DNA from: the human T2T-CHM13v2.0 reference genome, Homo sapiens
Assembly (NCBI RefSeq): GCF_009914755.1
Contig: NC_060927.1
Strand: one strand, 5' to 3'
DNA length: 64,000 nt
In this document: positions 17,881-38,185 of the stretch, in pieces
Numbering within the stretch: the first letter of the stretch is position 1
How the letters are laid out: each line of letters starts with the position of its first letter
The notes under the pieces: generated by a model
Told to the model about the DNA's origin: nothing
Databases searched by the model: none
What the model saw: the letters and a program-made list of their open reading frames with translations, nothing else
Program-made: the position numbers and the translations under genes

Positions 17881-18466
17881 GTCATTCATGCCTTTGTCTC
17901 AGTGAATCTCATTTATACATAACATAGACAAACAGGGAGGGGGAACAATCAGATATGCATTTGTGTCAGGTGGGCAGAGGGGTGAGAACAGACTGCTACA
18001 GTCATCCATGCCTTTCGCTCAGTGAATCTGCATTTATACATAACATAGACAAACAGGGAGGGGGAACAATCAGATATGCATTTGTGTCAGGTGGGCAGAG
18101 GGGTGAGAACAGACTGCTACAGTCATCCATGCCTTTGGCTCAGTGAATCTCATTTATACATAACATAGACAAACAGGGAGGGTGAACAATCAGATACACA
18201 TTTGTGTCAGGTGGGCAGAGGGGTGAGAACAGACTGCTACAGTCATCCATGCCTTTGGCTCAGTGAATCTGCATTTATACATAACACAGACAAAGAGGGA
18301 GGGGAACAATCAGATATGCATTTGTGTCAGGTAGGCAGAGGGGTGAGAACAGACTGATACAGTCATCCATGCCTTTGGCTCAGTGAATCTGCATTTATAC
18401 ATAGCATAGACAAAGAGGGAGGGGAACAATCAGATATGCATTTGTGTCAGGTGGGCAGAAGGGTGA
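17863..18466. repeat. ~120-bp tandem repeat, 5 copies
   Basis: Unit starts tgagaacagactg at 17863, 17983, 18104, 18224 and 18344. Confidence 0.95.
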
Positions 18467-18507
18467 CTCTGAGTTCTGTCCTATGCACTGTAAAGAAGAG
18501 CTATCAG

Positions 18508-18818
<311 letters not shown>

Positions 18819-20131
18819 CTATCAATTTACATTGCTATGATGAATTTTAACAGAAACACTTTAAAGATCTTAAAGCACACCAGAAATTTCCTTGTGGGAA
18901 AAATATGATGGAGGGGGCTACAAGACAAAAAGCTTTTTATCTTGGAGCCATCTTATTTAGGAACCAAAAGAAGGAGGCAGGTTTGCATGACCGAGTTCCC
19001 AGCTTGACTTTTCCCTTTAGTTTAATGAGTTTGGAGTCCCAAGCTTTATTTTCCTTTCACACTTAGAAGACCAAATACAATGTGGATGTAAACAGTTGTG
19101 TTGTTTAGGAAATAATGACAAGAAAAAGTCTGAATATGTTCACTACAGATGCAAGCATCTGATTTTATTTCAAATATTTTGCATCCAAGTTTGCTTACAT
19201 ACACAGATATTAAACCTACAGATACAAAAAGCTGAGTGTACTTACAAATTAATAACTGTACACAGGCAGCATAAAATTCTCTTTGTACATGCCAAAAACA
19301 TTCCGTGTCCACCCAGGGTGAACACAGCCACTTCACAAACAGGGTGTAAATAAGGAGGTTCACTAAGTACAGGAAAGTTACAAGACCATATTGGCATTTT
19401 AACAGCCATTCCTGAGAAAGAGAATGGGAAAGGGCTTAAGAGTCAGAGGAGAGGAAAAGAGGAAAACAGATGACCTCCTACATCAGAAGATGGAGCAGTG
19501 AGAATACAGAATAGGGAAGCAATAGTTAAAAAAAAAAAAGTAGAAACAGGATTTGATGTCAATTTGCTGTGCAAAGGGTAAAAAGGGGAGTTTTATTTCC
19601 AGGCTATCTGCCATGATCACAGCTAGTTTGTTACTGGTGATGTGAAATTTGGAAAAATAAAAGAACAATATGATGGCCAGAAGTGATACAGACTTGGACA
19701 CATCATGTTTGAAATATCTGAGGTCCCATACGTAGGGATGTCCAATTGACAATTGGGAATACAGTTCCAGAGTTCACAAGAGAGATCAAACCTGGAGATA
19801 AAAGATTTTGAAACTATCAGAATTTCAATGGTACCTGAATCCATCAGACCAAATGAACCTAAGAGAATGAAAGGATAACAAGGAACAAGTACAGAATCCA
19901 CAGAAATACTAATATTTACAAACAGAAATAGACTGTTAAAACCAAGAAGGAACTTTCTGAGTTTATTTCACAAATTAAGAAAAGCTCAATATTAGAAAGT
20001 CTACTAATACAATTCATCATATTCAGAGTCCTGAGGAGAAAAATCCTTTAATTGTCCACATAGGCATTAAGAAGATAAGTCTTAGAAACAGATTCCAGGT
20101 TCTGATTTCTGCATGTAAGAAGCTTAGAAGT

Positions 20132-20757
<626 letters not shown>

Positions 20758-20809
20758 GAATGGAAGTAATCAGTCCATCTTAACAACACATGAAAAGCTG
20801 AAAAGGTCA

Positions 20810-20920
<111 letters not shown>

Positions 20921-21572
20921 CTAAAAAAAAAATTTAAATAAAACAAAAGCTGAAGAGACTGAAAAATCAACAGTCCTTTTTGGATTTGAATGTGGAGAGA
21001 GGACATAGGGCAAACCACTGCCCCCAAGATTGGAGAGATAGAGAAGTGAATATGGGAATTTATGGCTTACAGGAACAGAGACTCACTACTGAAACCACCT
21101 TAGGAACCAGTGCTGGAGTAGAAAATCTTGAACTATAACTGGTGAATTGCTGAAGGTTCCATATGGACAACTCAAGGAGGTAAAAACACCAGGGAGATCC
21201 AGTTATGAGGGAGCATAATATTGTAAAATTTACCTCCTGGAGCTCCACCAGGCTCCTGTGGCAAATACCTGAGAAAACTTGCTTCTTGCTTCCACCTTTG
21301 GGAAGGAAAAAGGAAAACCATCTTAAAATATGCCAGAGCAACCTGTTCTTAACAAGGCTTATCCTCAGGAGAAATTACTGAACCTCAGCCTAACCTGCTC
21401 TCATATAACCAGATCCTAAATGACCTGCTGGAAGGGAAATTCCCAACTCCAGCCTACTCCAGTCATCCCTAAAGGGGAAGATAAAAACAGAGAAACACAT
21501 GTGAAGTTCATAGTCCAAAAGCAGAGACTCACTTAAACAATGAGGCCCCGTCGTAAGACTCCAGAACTCTTC

Positions 21573-21916
21573 TGCTACAGTCTGAATATCTGTTCCCTGC
21601 CGGACCCCCTGCAAAATGTGCCTGTTGAAACCGAGTCTCCAATGCACTAGAATTAAGGGGTGGGACCTTTGAAAGGTAATGGCAAAGCCAACCTGATTGG
21701 GATTAGTGCACTTATGAAAGAGGCCAAATGAAGCTTCTTTGTCCATTTCAACATGAGAGGACATATAGCTGGCACCATCTACGAGGAATGGGTCTCATCA
21801 AACACTGAATCTCCTGGAACCTTGACCTTGGATTTTCTAGCCTCTAAATTGAGCAATAAATTTCTGTTGTTTACAAATTACTTGCTCTAAGTTATGCTGG
21901 TGGATGGACTAAGACA
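21573..21916 (+). mobile_element. MST/MLT1A-type MaLR solo LTR inserted in an old L1 5' region
   Basis: tgctacagtctgaat...aataaatttctgttgttt...ggactaagaca; 5-bp TSD tcttc/gcttc. Confidence 0.8.
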
Positions 21917-22671
21917 GCTTCCCCTCCCCTCCACAGCTTCCCATCATTACTGGATGCACTGTTACAGTAGTTCCTTTTACCTGGTATCTCATATCTAGGA
22001 ATAAAGAAAAAGCACAAGGCATACTAAAAGGCAAAAAACACAATTTGAAGTGACAGATCATCAGAACCAGACACACCTATGATACTGGAATTATCAGACA
22101 GGGATTTTAAAAAAAAAATCTCTGAGTAGTATGCTAAGGGCTCTGATGAACAAAGGAGAGAGCATTCAAGAACAGATAGGCAATGTAAGCAGAGAGATAG
22201 AAGTCCAAGGAAAGAACAAAAGAGAAACAGTAGAGATAAAAAAAATACTGCAAAAGACCTGAAGAATGTCTTTGATTGGCTTATTAGTAGATTGAACACA
22301 ACAAAGGAAAGAGTCTCTGAGTTCTGGAAACTTTGAAAGAAACTTTAAAAACTGAAAACAATGGAATGTAATATCCAAGAACTGTGGGACAGCTAGAAAA
22401 GGTGTAACATAGAGTGATGAGAATACTAGAAGGAAAAAGAGAGAAATAGAAGAAACATCTGCAACAATCATGTCTGACAACTTCCACTGTTAATGTCAGA
22501 CACCAAACCAAAGATCCAAGAAGCTCAGAGCACACCAGGCAGGATACATGCCAAAAACCTACACCTAGGCATATTATTCTCCAACTGTGTAAAACATCAG
22601 CTCCAAAAGAAACCAAAGATGGAGTGGACAACATCTTACCTATAGAGAAACAAAGATAAGAATCACATTCA

Positions 22672-22980
<309 letters not shown>

Positions 22981-23239
22981 TTACATTCAACATCTCAGAA
23001 CCATGAAAGTAAAAAGAGAGTGGAATGACATAGTAAACATGCTGAGAGGAAAAAAAAAAACCATCAACTAAGATTTCAGTGCCCTGTGAGATCTTCTTTC
23101 AAAAGTAAATGAGAAATAAAACATTCCCTGGACAAACAAAAGTTGAGGAAACTTGTTACCAGCAGATGTGTCATGTGAGAAAATATTAAACATTATCTAG
23201 AGAAAAAAAAAGATACACATCTGAAAACTGAATCTACAT

Positions 23240-24288
<1,049 letters not shown>

Positions 24289-24652
24289 AATTACATACTT
24301 TAATATATACAAGGCTATGTATGCTTACATATAAGTGAAACAAATGGCAACAATAACACAAGACATAGGAATATGAGAGAAACTGGTATTACATTTCTAT
24401 TAGAAGGCAGTCGAAGTAACTGAACTGGTATAGTGTTATTTGAAGGTGGACTTGGATTTGTTGCAAGTCTATACTGCAAACTCCAGGGCAACTAGTAAAA
24501 ACCAAAGTATAGAAATGCTAAAAGAGAAAACAGGCCAGGTATAGTGGCTCTTGCCAAGGTAGAAAGATGGCTTGAGTCCAGGAGTTAGAGACTATCCTGA
24601 GCAATACAGTGAGACCCTGTCCCTACAGAAAAGAAAAGGCCAGGTATTGTGG

Positions 24653-24820
24653 TGCATACTTGTAGTCCTAGCTAATTGCATACTTGTAGTCCTAGCTAAT
24701 TGCATACTTGTAGTCCTAGCTAATTGCATACTTGCAGTCCTAGCTAATTGCATACCTGTAGTCCTAGCTAATTGCATACTTGTAGTCCTAGCTAATTGCA
24801 TACTTGTAGTCCTAGCTAAT
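24653..24820. repeat. 24-bp x7 minisatellite inside an Alu right arm
   Basis: (tgcatacttgtagtcctagctaat)7. Confidence 0.95.
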
Positions 24821-25145
24821 TGGGAGACTGAGGTGGAAGGATCACTTGAACCCATGAGGTTGAGGCTGCAGGGAGCCATGATCACACCACTGCACTCCAG
24901 CCTGGGTGACTGTCTCAATAAAAAAAAAAAAAAAAAAAAAAAAAGCAACGAGAGGAAACAAAAATCGTATAAAATCATCAACTCCATAAAAGGCAGAAAA
25001 AGAGTGGAGGACAAAGCAAGAACAAAGAACAATAGGAGTTAATGGAAAATGATATGGCAAAATTAATCCAACTGTATAATCACTTTGAATGTCAATGGTC
25101 TAAATGCACCAATGAAAAGACAAATTGTTAGAGCCCATCAAAATA

Positions 25146-26050
25146 GAGGCACATCTCACTTTGAGCTTCACTTTATTTTGCTTGGCAACATCACCTTTTT
25201 AACAAATTAAAGATTTGTGGCCACGAAGTGCTCAGCAAGCCTGACCAGCACCATTTTTCCAACACCATGGGCTCACTTCACATCTCTGTCACATCTTTTG
25301 GCAATCCCAATCTTTCAAAGATTTTAGTTATCACATCTGTTATGATCTGTGATCAGTGATTTCTGATGTTACTAATGGAATTGTCTCAGCGTGCTGGAAC
25401 TCTATGGAAGATAGCAAACGTGATGGAAAAATGTTGTGTTTGACTGCTTCATTGACTAGTCATTTCCCTGTCTCTGTTTCTCTCTTCTAGCTCCTCATTC
25501 CCCAAGATACAACAATGAAATTAGGCCACTTCACTCTGCAGTGGCCACCATGTGTTCAACTGAAAAGAAGTGTGCACACCTGTCACTTCAAATCAAAAGG
25601 TAGAAATCATTGAGCTTAGTGAAGAAAGCATGTTGGAAGCTAAGACAGGCCAAAGCTAAGCTTCTTGCATCAGCTACCCAAGTTGTGAATGCAAAGAAAA
25701 AGTTCTTGAAGGAAGTTATAGGTGCTACTCCAGAGAACACATGAATGATTTTTAAAAAACAAAACACGCTTTTTACTGACACAGAGAAAGTCTGAGTGGT
25801 GCACATAGAAGATCAAACCAGCCCCAACATTCCCTTGAGACAAAGCCTAATCCTGAGAAAGGCCCTAACTCTCTTCAATTCTATGGAGAAGAGAGGTGAG
25901 GAAGTTGCAGAAGAAATGTTTGAAGCTGGCAGAGGTTGGTATATGAGCTTCTAGGAAAACAGCCATATCTGTGACATTAAAGTGCAAAGTGTGCTGTAAA
26001 AATGGGAACAACAAAGCCTGCATGATAGGACTTCTGTTACAGCATGGTTA
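25146..26050 (+). mobile_element. Truncated, internally deleted Tigger1 (duplicate of the copy at 45228), within the presumptive ZNF 3'UTR
   Basis: Same L1 insertion context and same 5' sequence as the 45228 copy. Confidence 0.8.
25172..25177 (-). terminator. Candidate poly(A) signal AATAAA for the ZNF gene, inside the Tigger1 end
   Basis: First minus-strand AATAAA (plus tttatt) that I find after the stop codon, ~1 kb downstream. Confidence 0.4.
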
Positions 26051-26162
26051 AGACCTTCTTGTTGGTAGGCCAGGAGGTAATGGTCACCATTTGTGTCCAT
26101 ATTCTCCTAGACTGAGCATGGAGAAATCTGTAATAGTAGCCAGAGAGGTGTAGGTTGTGTGT

Positions 26163-28621
<2,459 letters not shown>

Positions 28622-29684
28622 CTGAAATGAGAAAAAAGGTATCCATGAACCACACATGAGCATGTCTTACAGAATGCTTGTGTAAAGGTAAAAAAAAATT
28701 ACTTCCTATCTCAGTGGAGTAAGATTTGACAAAAATAAATATGGGTATTGGTTTTATACGCATATGGTTTCTGTTCCTACTGACATAATGTAATAAATCA
28801 GTATATTTTCTAATGTTCAATTGAGTTTTTCTTTGCATTTTGAAGTTTTCCTGTTCTTTTTTATTTCACAAAGAATTATTTGGTAATAATATGCATCTAC
28901 TTCCTACTCATAGGTTTTAATAAGTGCTCATTATTGTCATTTGTTTTCTCTTTTTTTATTGATTCATATAACAATAGTGGCTGTTTTAATAGCTGCTATT
29001 TTTTCTTTATTCTTCTTTGAAGATAGCCAGTTTTTCCTGGGTCAGCAACTGGTAGGTATAGGAGATGGCCATTTTTCTGTCTCCTAAGCATGGAAGCAGC
29101 TTGTGGACAGGATTTTGCCTATATGTTAACCTTTCACTCCTCCCTGAGAATGGTTAAATGTGTCTGGAGGTTTTCCAAGCAGAAAATCTCTTATTCCCCA
29201 TGTTAAACAAAAACAGATCCTGGCAAATTCCTACTTAAACATGACATCCCCTGCTTCCCAGAACCATAATAGGCACAGAAGCTCCAGTCAAAAAACCACA
29301 CTGGTGATCTGAAGGATTGGTTCTGCAACTCAGGCTGTGCCCGTCATCTTCGAAAAGTGTATTTCTGGTTCCGAGATCCACAGCCGTGCCCCTCTCCACT
29401 CACCAATCGCTGCTTGATAATTCACCATTTTTGAAGGGTTTTATTTTGTGTTTTGGAGTTTCAGATGTCACACAGTTTTATATAAAAATGAAGTTTCCTG
29501 TACATTTCTCATCTTCCAATGGTAACTACAAACTCCACTCTCAAACAGAAATCTGAGCCCTTCAACAGGAAATAATTAGTTTCTTTGGACTTGAGACCCA
29601 GAATCTTCTGGTTCTCCTCCCAAGTCCAGCACCACCCCTATCCAGGCCCCTATGATGGGTCCTCCTCAGCTTCATAATTTCCTT

Positions 29685-30110
29685 CCGAGACAGGATCTTA
29701 CTCTGTTACCGAGGCTGGAGTGCAGTGTTGCTATCATAGCTCACTGAAGCTTGAAACTCCTGAGCTCAAGCAATCCTTCCATCTCAGCCTCCCAAGTATA
29801 AAAACTGGGATTACAAACCCTTGTCACCGTACTCAGCTATTTTTTTTTTTTTTTTTGTAGGTGGGTGTCTACGAGGATCATTTAAGGCCAGAAGTTCGAG
29901 ACCAGCCTGGGCAATAGAACAAGACCTCATCTCCACAAACAATAAAAAATTAGCCAGGTGTGGTGGCACACACCTGTAGTCCTAGCTACTTGGGAGGCTA
30001 GGGTGTGAGGAACACTTGAGCCCAGGAGTTCATCGTTACAGTGAACTATAATCATGCCACTGCACTTCAGTCTGAGAAATAGAGTGAAAATCATCTGTTT
30101 AATAAAAAAT
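29685..30110. mobile_element. Two partial old Alus in inverted orientation (- 29685-29860; + 29873-30110)
   Basis: Alu right-arm motifs on opposite strands. Confidence 0.8.
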
Positions 30111-30544
30111 AAAACAAGAATAAAGCTATAGCTTAAAAAGAAACACCATTTTCATCATCGTTATAATGACTGATTCTTAAAAATCACTTAAGATACATTC
30201 AAAGGATAAATAAATGCATGAATGTCTAAAAAAAATTTTTAAGATACTACATCAGAATAGAGGAAAAGGGGGAAACAGAGAAAATAAATAGCAGAGAAAA
30301 AGGCCTAAGGAGAGGATGGCAGGGATTGGATTTGGGGTAAATAGAAGAAGATACTCAGAAAAATAAGAGACTGGGATATATGCATGAGAGTTACCCCTGG
30401 GGACTATATAATGCACATTTAATGCAGACCAACAGCCTTCAGGTCGAAGACCTAGGGAAAAAAGTGGTGAAAACAAGATAACACTACAAAAATTTGCTGG
30501 GCATTACTCCTCCAGGCCTCCCTGCCTGGTATTCACTGACTGAC

Positions 30545-30637
30545 CTGAAAGTCTCAGGTTTAGGGTTTCTTCTACTATCCATGGCTCTGCTCCTTGCTCT
30601 AGCTTGAAGATCATCTCAGGTTTGGTAATGCAATGCC
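30545..30637 (-). CDS. ZNF717: KRAB-B exon (93 bp; GHCITKPEMIFKLEQGAEPWIVEETLNLRLS)
   Basis: Acceptor ttctcattaccag|GG and donor G|gtcagt; typical KP..I..LEQG.EPW motif; phase 1 at both ends. Confidence 0.92.
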
Positions 30638-30873
30638 CTGGTAATGAGAAACAATGGAAGACTTTGTCAAACCACTAAGTCAAATCCTTTTCAGAATGAC
30701 GACAGCTGGGCTTCAGGGACTGTGCAATGAAGGAGCCAATTTGAACATTTCATTAGAGTAGTGACACATTTTTCATCAACTGGAAGCTTACAAGTAAATA
30801 TTATTATACCTTAAAAGGGTTCCTATATTTACCAGCAACAAAATACAATCCTGGGAGTTACTGGCAAGTTTCA

Positions 30874-31134
<261 letters not shown>

Positions 31135-34100
31135 CTGTAATGGCACATTTTTCCTCAAGTCAAAGCATCAGCCCAAAGATACTTGTCAAAAGAACAAGAA
31201 TCTGGGAATTCACTCTTTGGTGTGTCCATGTGTCTTATGTATTTTACATAAGATGTAGTTTGTTTTGCACTGTTTATGGTGGGAGAAGGAGTAATCACAG
31301 TAGAAATATGCTTCCACTGTAATAACTTATGAATTAATAAAATTGTATTACAAAGTTCACCTTATAGATCTAGAACCACCCTTATTGCTAGGGATAAAAG
31401 TATAAACAAAATGCAAGACCCTGTCTCTACAAAAATAATAAAAAAATATAGGCATAATGCTGCATGCCTGTAGTCCTGGCTACTCTGGAAGCTGAGGCTG
31501 AAGGATTGCTTGAGTCCAGGAGTTTGACAGTGCAGTGAGTTATGATCACACCACTGCACTCCAGCCTGACCAACAGAGAGCCTACCTCTCAAAAAAAAAA
31601 AAAAAAAGGAATAAAATTCTACTCCTCAAAGGAGCTCATGATCTGTTATGAATATATAAGTATAAACACATACTGGGAATAATGTTTAGGTGAACTCATT
31701 GAGACACAAGTTCAATGCAGACTAAGATAAGAGAAGGAGAAAATAAGTTTTGTTTATTTTGCACCATGAGGTTCCACTTTACTGAAAAATCAGGTGTTTG
31801 GCTCTTCCACATGAACCGTGAATTCTCATGACTATGAGAAAGTATCAGAAGTCTACTCACAAAGGCAAAGAGAACACACACCACTTTAATGGAACTCTGG
31901 ACAGCACCATGCCTAGATGAATGATCCTGGACAGTGATGAAAGCTAAATGCAATATTTAAGGAACTGATTATGCAGTGATTCTGCATTTAAATATTTGAC
32001 CCAATTTCAAAAATTCTTATGCACCTATCGTTTTTACATTATATTACTTCCTCAGTATCCATGGGGACTGATTCCAAGATACCCCCAGATATCAAAATCC
32101 ACAGATTGGATAACTCTCTTATATAAACTATTCTCATATTTGCATATAACTTATGCACATCCTCCTGTATACAGTCATGAGCTGCATAATAACATTTCAG
32201 TCAATGATGAAACATGTATATCACAATAGTCCCATAACATGATGATGAAACATACACGGAAATCTGATATTGGCATTGCAGATGAAGTGCAGAAAACGAT
32301 ATTCAATAATGGCTCTGAGCCACCTAGTTACCTATATACCAAAAACATATAAATAAAAATATACATATCATGTAGGTTTTCATAATACTATGATCTTCAC
32401 AAAACAATGAAATTACCCAAAGATGCATTTCTCAGAAAGTAATCCCATCAGTAAGCCATGCATGACTGAACTTTAACTCTTTAGATTACATATAATACTG
32501 AAGACAATGTAATGCTACATAAATGGCTGTTATACTGTACTGTTTAGGAAATAATGACAAGAAAAATTTCTGCAGATGCTCTTCACAGAGACAATCATCT
32601 ATTTTTGTGGGAATATTTTCAATCTGAAGTTGGCTGAATCCACAGATGCAAAACCCATGGATACAAAAGGGTGAATATACTTAATTAAAAGCATATACAC
32701 TGGCATTTCAAAATTTCCTTTCTACGGGACAAAAAATTGCTGTATCCACCCAGGGTGAACACAGCCACTTCACATACAGGTGTAAATAAGGAGGTCCAGT
32801 AAGGACAGAAAAGTTACATGACAATATTGGCATTTTAACAGCCATCCCTGAGGAAGAGAATGGGAAAGGGCTTAAGGGAAAGCCAGAAGGGAGTAAAGAG
32901 GAAGACAGATGACCACCTACATCAGGACATGGAGTGTAAGAATACACAATAGGGAAGTAGTTCTTAAGAGGAAAAAAATGTAGAAACAGGATTTGGTACC
33001 AATTTGCTGTGCACTGGGTAAAAAGGGGAGTTTTGTTTCCAAGTTATCTGTCATCATCCAGCTAGTTTGGTACTGGTGTTGTGAAGTGAAATTTGCAAAA
33101 AATAAAAGAATACGATAACCAGAAGTGACACAGACTTGGACATATCATGTGTGAAACATCTGAGGTTCCATATGTGGGAATGTCCAACTGGCAACTGGGA
33201 AAATGGCTCCACTGGTTCAGAAGAGAGATCAAAACTAAAGATAAAGATTTGGAAATTACCAGAATTTCAATGGTACCTGAATCCATCAGACCAAATGAAA
33301 ATAAGAGAATGAAAGAATAAAAGAAACAAGTACAGAATCTACAGAAACACTAACATTTACACAGGAAGAGAAACAGACTGTGAAGACCAAGAAGGAACTT
33401 TCTGAGTTTATTCCACGAATAAAGAAAAGTTCAATATTCGGAAGTCTACTAATATAATTCATCATGATCATAGTCCTGTGGAAAAAAATCCTTTAACTGT
33501 GCATATAGGCATTGAGAAGATAGTTTTAGAAACACCTTCCAGGTTCCTATTTCTGCATGTAAGAAGCTTGGAAGTAATCAATAATTACTTTACAATAATT
33601 AATTTTAATAACAATCTTAAATTAATATGACACAATTAATCTTAACAACAAATAAAAAGCTGAAGAGACTAAAAAATCAACAGTTCTTTCTAGATTTGAA
33701 ACTCAGGGGAGGACACAGGGCAAACCACTGCCCCCAGGATTGCAGAGACAGAGAAGTGAATATAGGACTTAATAGCTTACAGGAAAATGGACTCACTACT
33801 GAAACCAACTTTGGAACCCGTGCTGGAGTAGAAAAACTCAAACCGTAACTGGTGAACGGCTGGAGGATCCGCGTGGACAACTCTAAGTGTTAAAAACTAC
33901 AAAGAGATAGAGTTATTGTCGGGGAGGGGGCACAATACTGTAAAATTGTCTCATGGAGCTTCACCAGGCTCCTGTGACAAACACCTGACAAAACTCCCCT
34001 CCTGCTTCAACCTTTCGGAAGGAAAAAGGAAAACCATTTTGAAATATGTCAGAGCACCCATTTCTTAACAAGGCTTGTCCACAGGAGAAACTACTTAACT

Positions 34101-34253
34101 TCAGCCTAATCTGCTCTAGTATAATCGGAGACTAAATAACCTAGGGGAAGGGAATTATCCCCTTCCACTGCAGCCCATTCTAATCATGTTCCGCCCAAGG
34201 TGGAAAATTAATTAAACAGAGGAACACTTCTGAGGTTCACAGTATAGACCCAA

Positions 34254-34419
34254 TCATAGCATTCCAGAACACGGCTGCCGGGGTCTGCGTGTTTGTCCCT
34301 CACATATGATACCAAAACACTGCTCCTGAGGTCTGAATGTTTCTCCCTCACATAGAATTCCAGAACACTGCTACGAGGGTCTGAATGTTTGTCCCTCACA
34401 ACACTGCTGCTGTGGTCTG
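34254..34419. repeat. First ~3.5 monomers of the 48-bp satellite, separated from the main array by the L1 insertion
   Basis: Same monomer and orientation as 38186-43367. Confidence 0.85.
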
Positions 34420-35110
34420 TTTTTTTTTTTTTTTCTTTCTGTCTTTTTAAAATTACTTTATTAATATTTATTTTTAATTGACATATGACATTGCAAGTTT
34501 TTGTAATGTAAAATGTCAGGGACAAACATTCAGACCAATGCAGTAGCGTTCTGGCATCCTATGTAAGGGAAAAACATTGAGACTCTCGCAGTAGTGTCCT
34601 GGAATCCTATCTGAAGGACAAGCATTCAGACCCCAGTAGCAGTGTTCTGGAACTCTATGTGAGGGAAAAAGTACGCATACATCGTGAAAAGGTCAAATCT
34701 AGCTAATTAACAAATACATCAATTCGCATAGCTATCATTTTTCTGGTGAATACACCTAACATTAACTTTCTATTTCTCAAGAATGCAATAGGTCATCATC
34801 AATTACAATCACCTTGCTCTACAATACATCTCCTGAAATTTATTCCTTCTATCTAACCCTAAGTATGTATCCTCTGATTAACATCACTGCAACTCCCCTT
34901 TACCCCTAGCTCTGATACCCACCATTGTACTTTGTAACTCTATGAGATCAACTTTTTTATATACCAGTAGGAGTCATGTCATGATATATTTGTCTTTCTG
35001 CACCTGGCTTATTTCACTTAACATGTTGTCCTCCAGGTTCATCCATGTTGTTCAAAAATGACAGGGTTTTCTTTTTTTTTTACTGCCAAATAATATACCA
35101 CATTTTCTTT
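34420..35110 (-). mobile_element. Old L1MA-type 3' UTR fragment with poly(A) at 34420, interrupted by inverted satellite monomers
   Basis: ttttaattgacatat...ctagctaattaac...ctggcttatttcacttaacat...ccaggttcatccatgttg motifs. Confidence 0.7.
34513..34670. repeat. ~3.3 inverted 48-bp satellite monomers embedded in an old L1 3' end
   Basis: agggacaaacattcagacc...gtgttctggaa..ctatgtgaggg is the reverse complement of the monomer. Confidence 0.85.
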
Positions 35111-35138
35111 CTTTTTTTAATATATTTTCCATATTGAA

Positions 35139-38185
<3,047 letters not shown>

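Noticed and set aside
24572-25042. 156-aa and 146-aa ORFs with CILVVLAN / QLARTTSM repeats
   Set aside because: Alu plus 24-bp minisatellite artefact.
28622-28838. N-terminal 72 aa of the 891-aa ORF
   Set aside because: Intronic read-through upstream of the splice acceptor at 28621.
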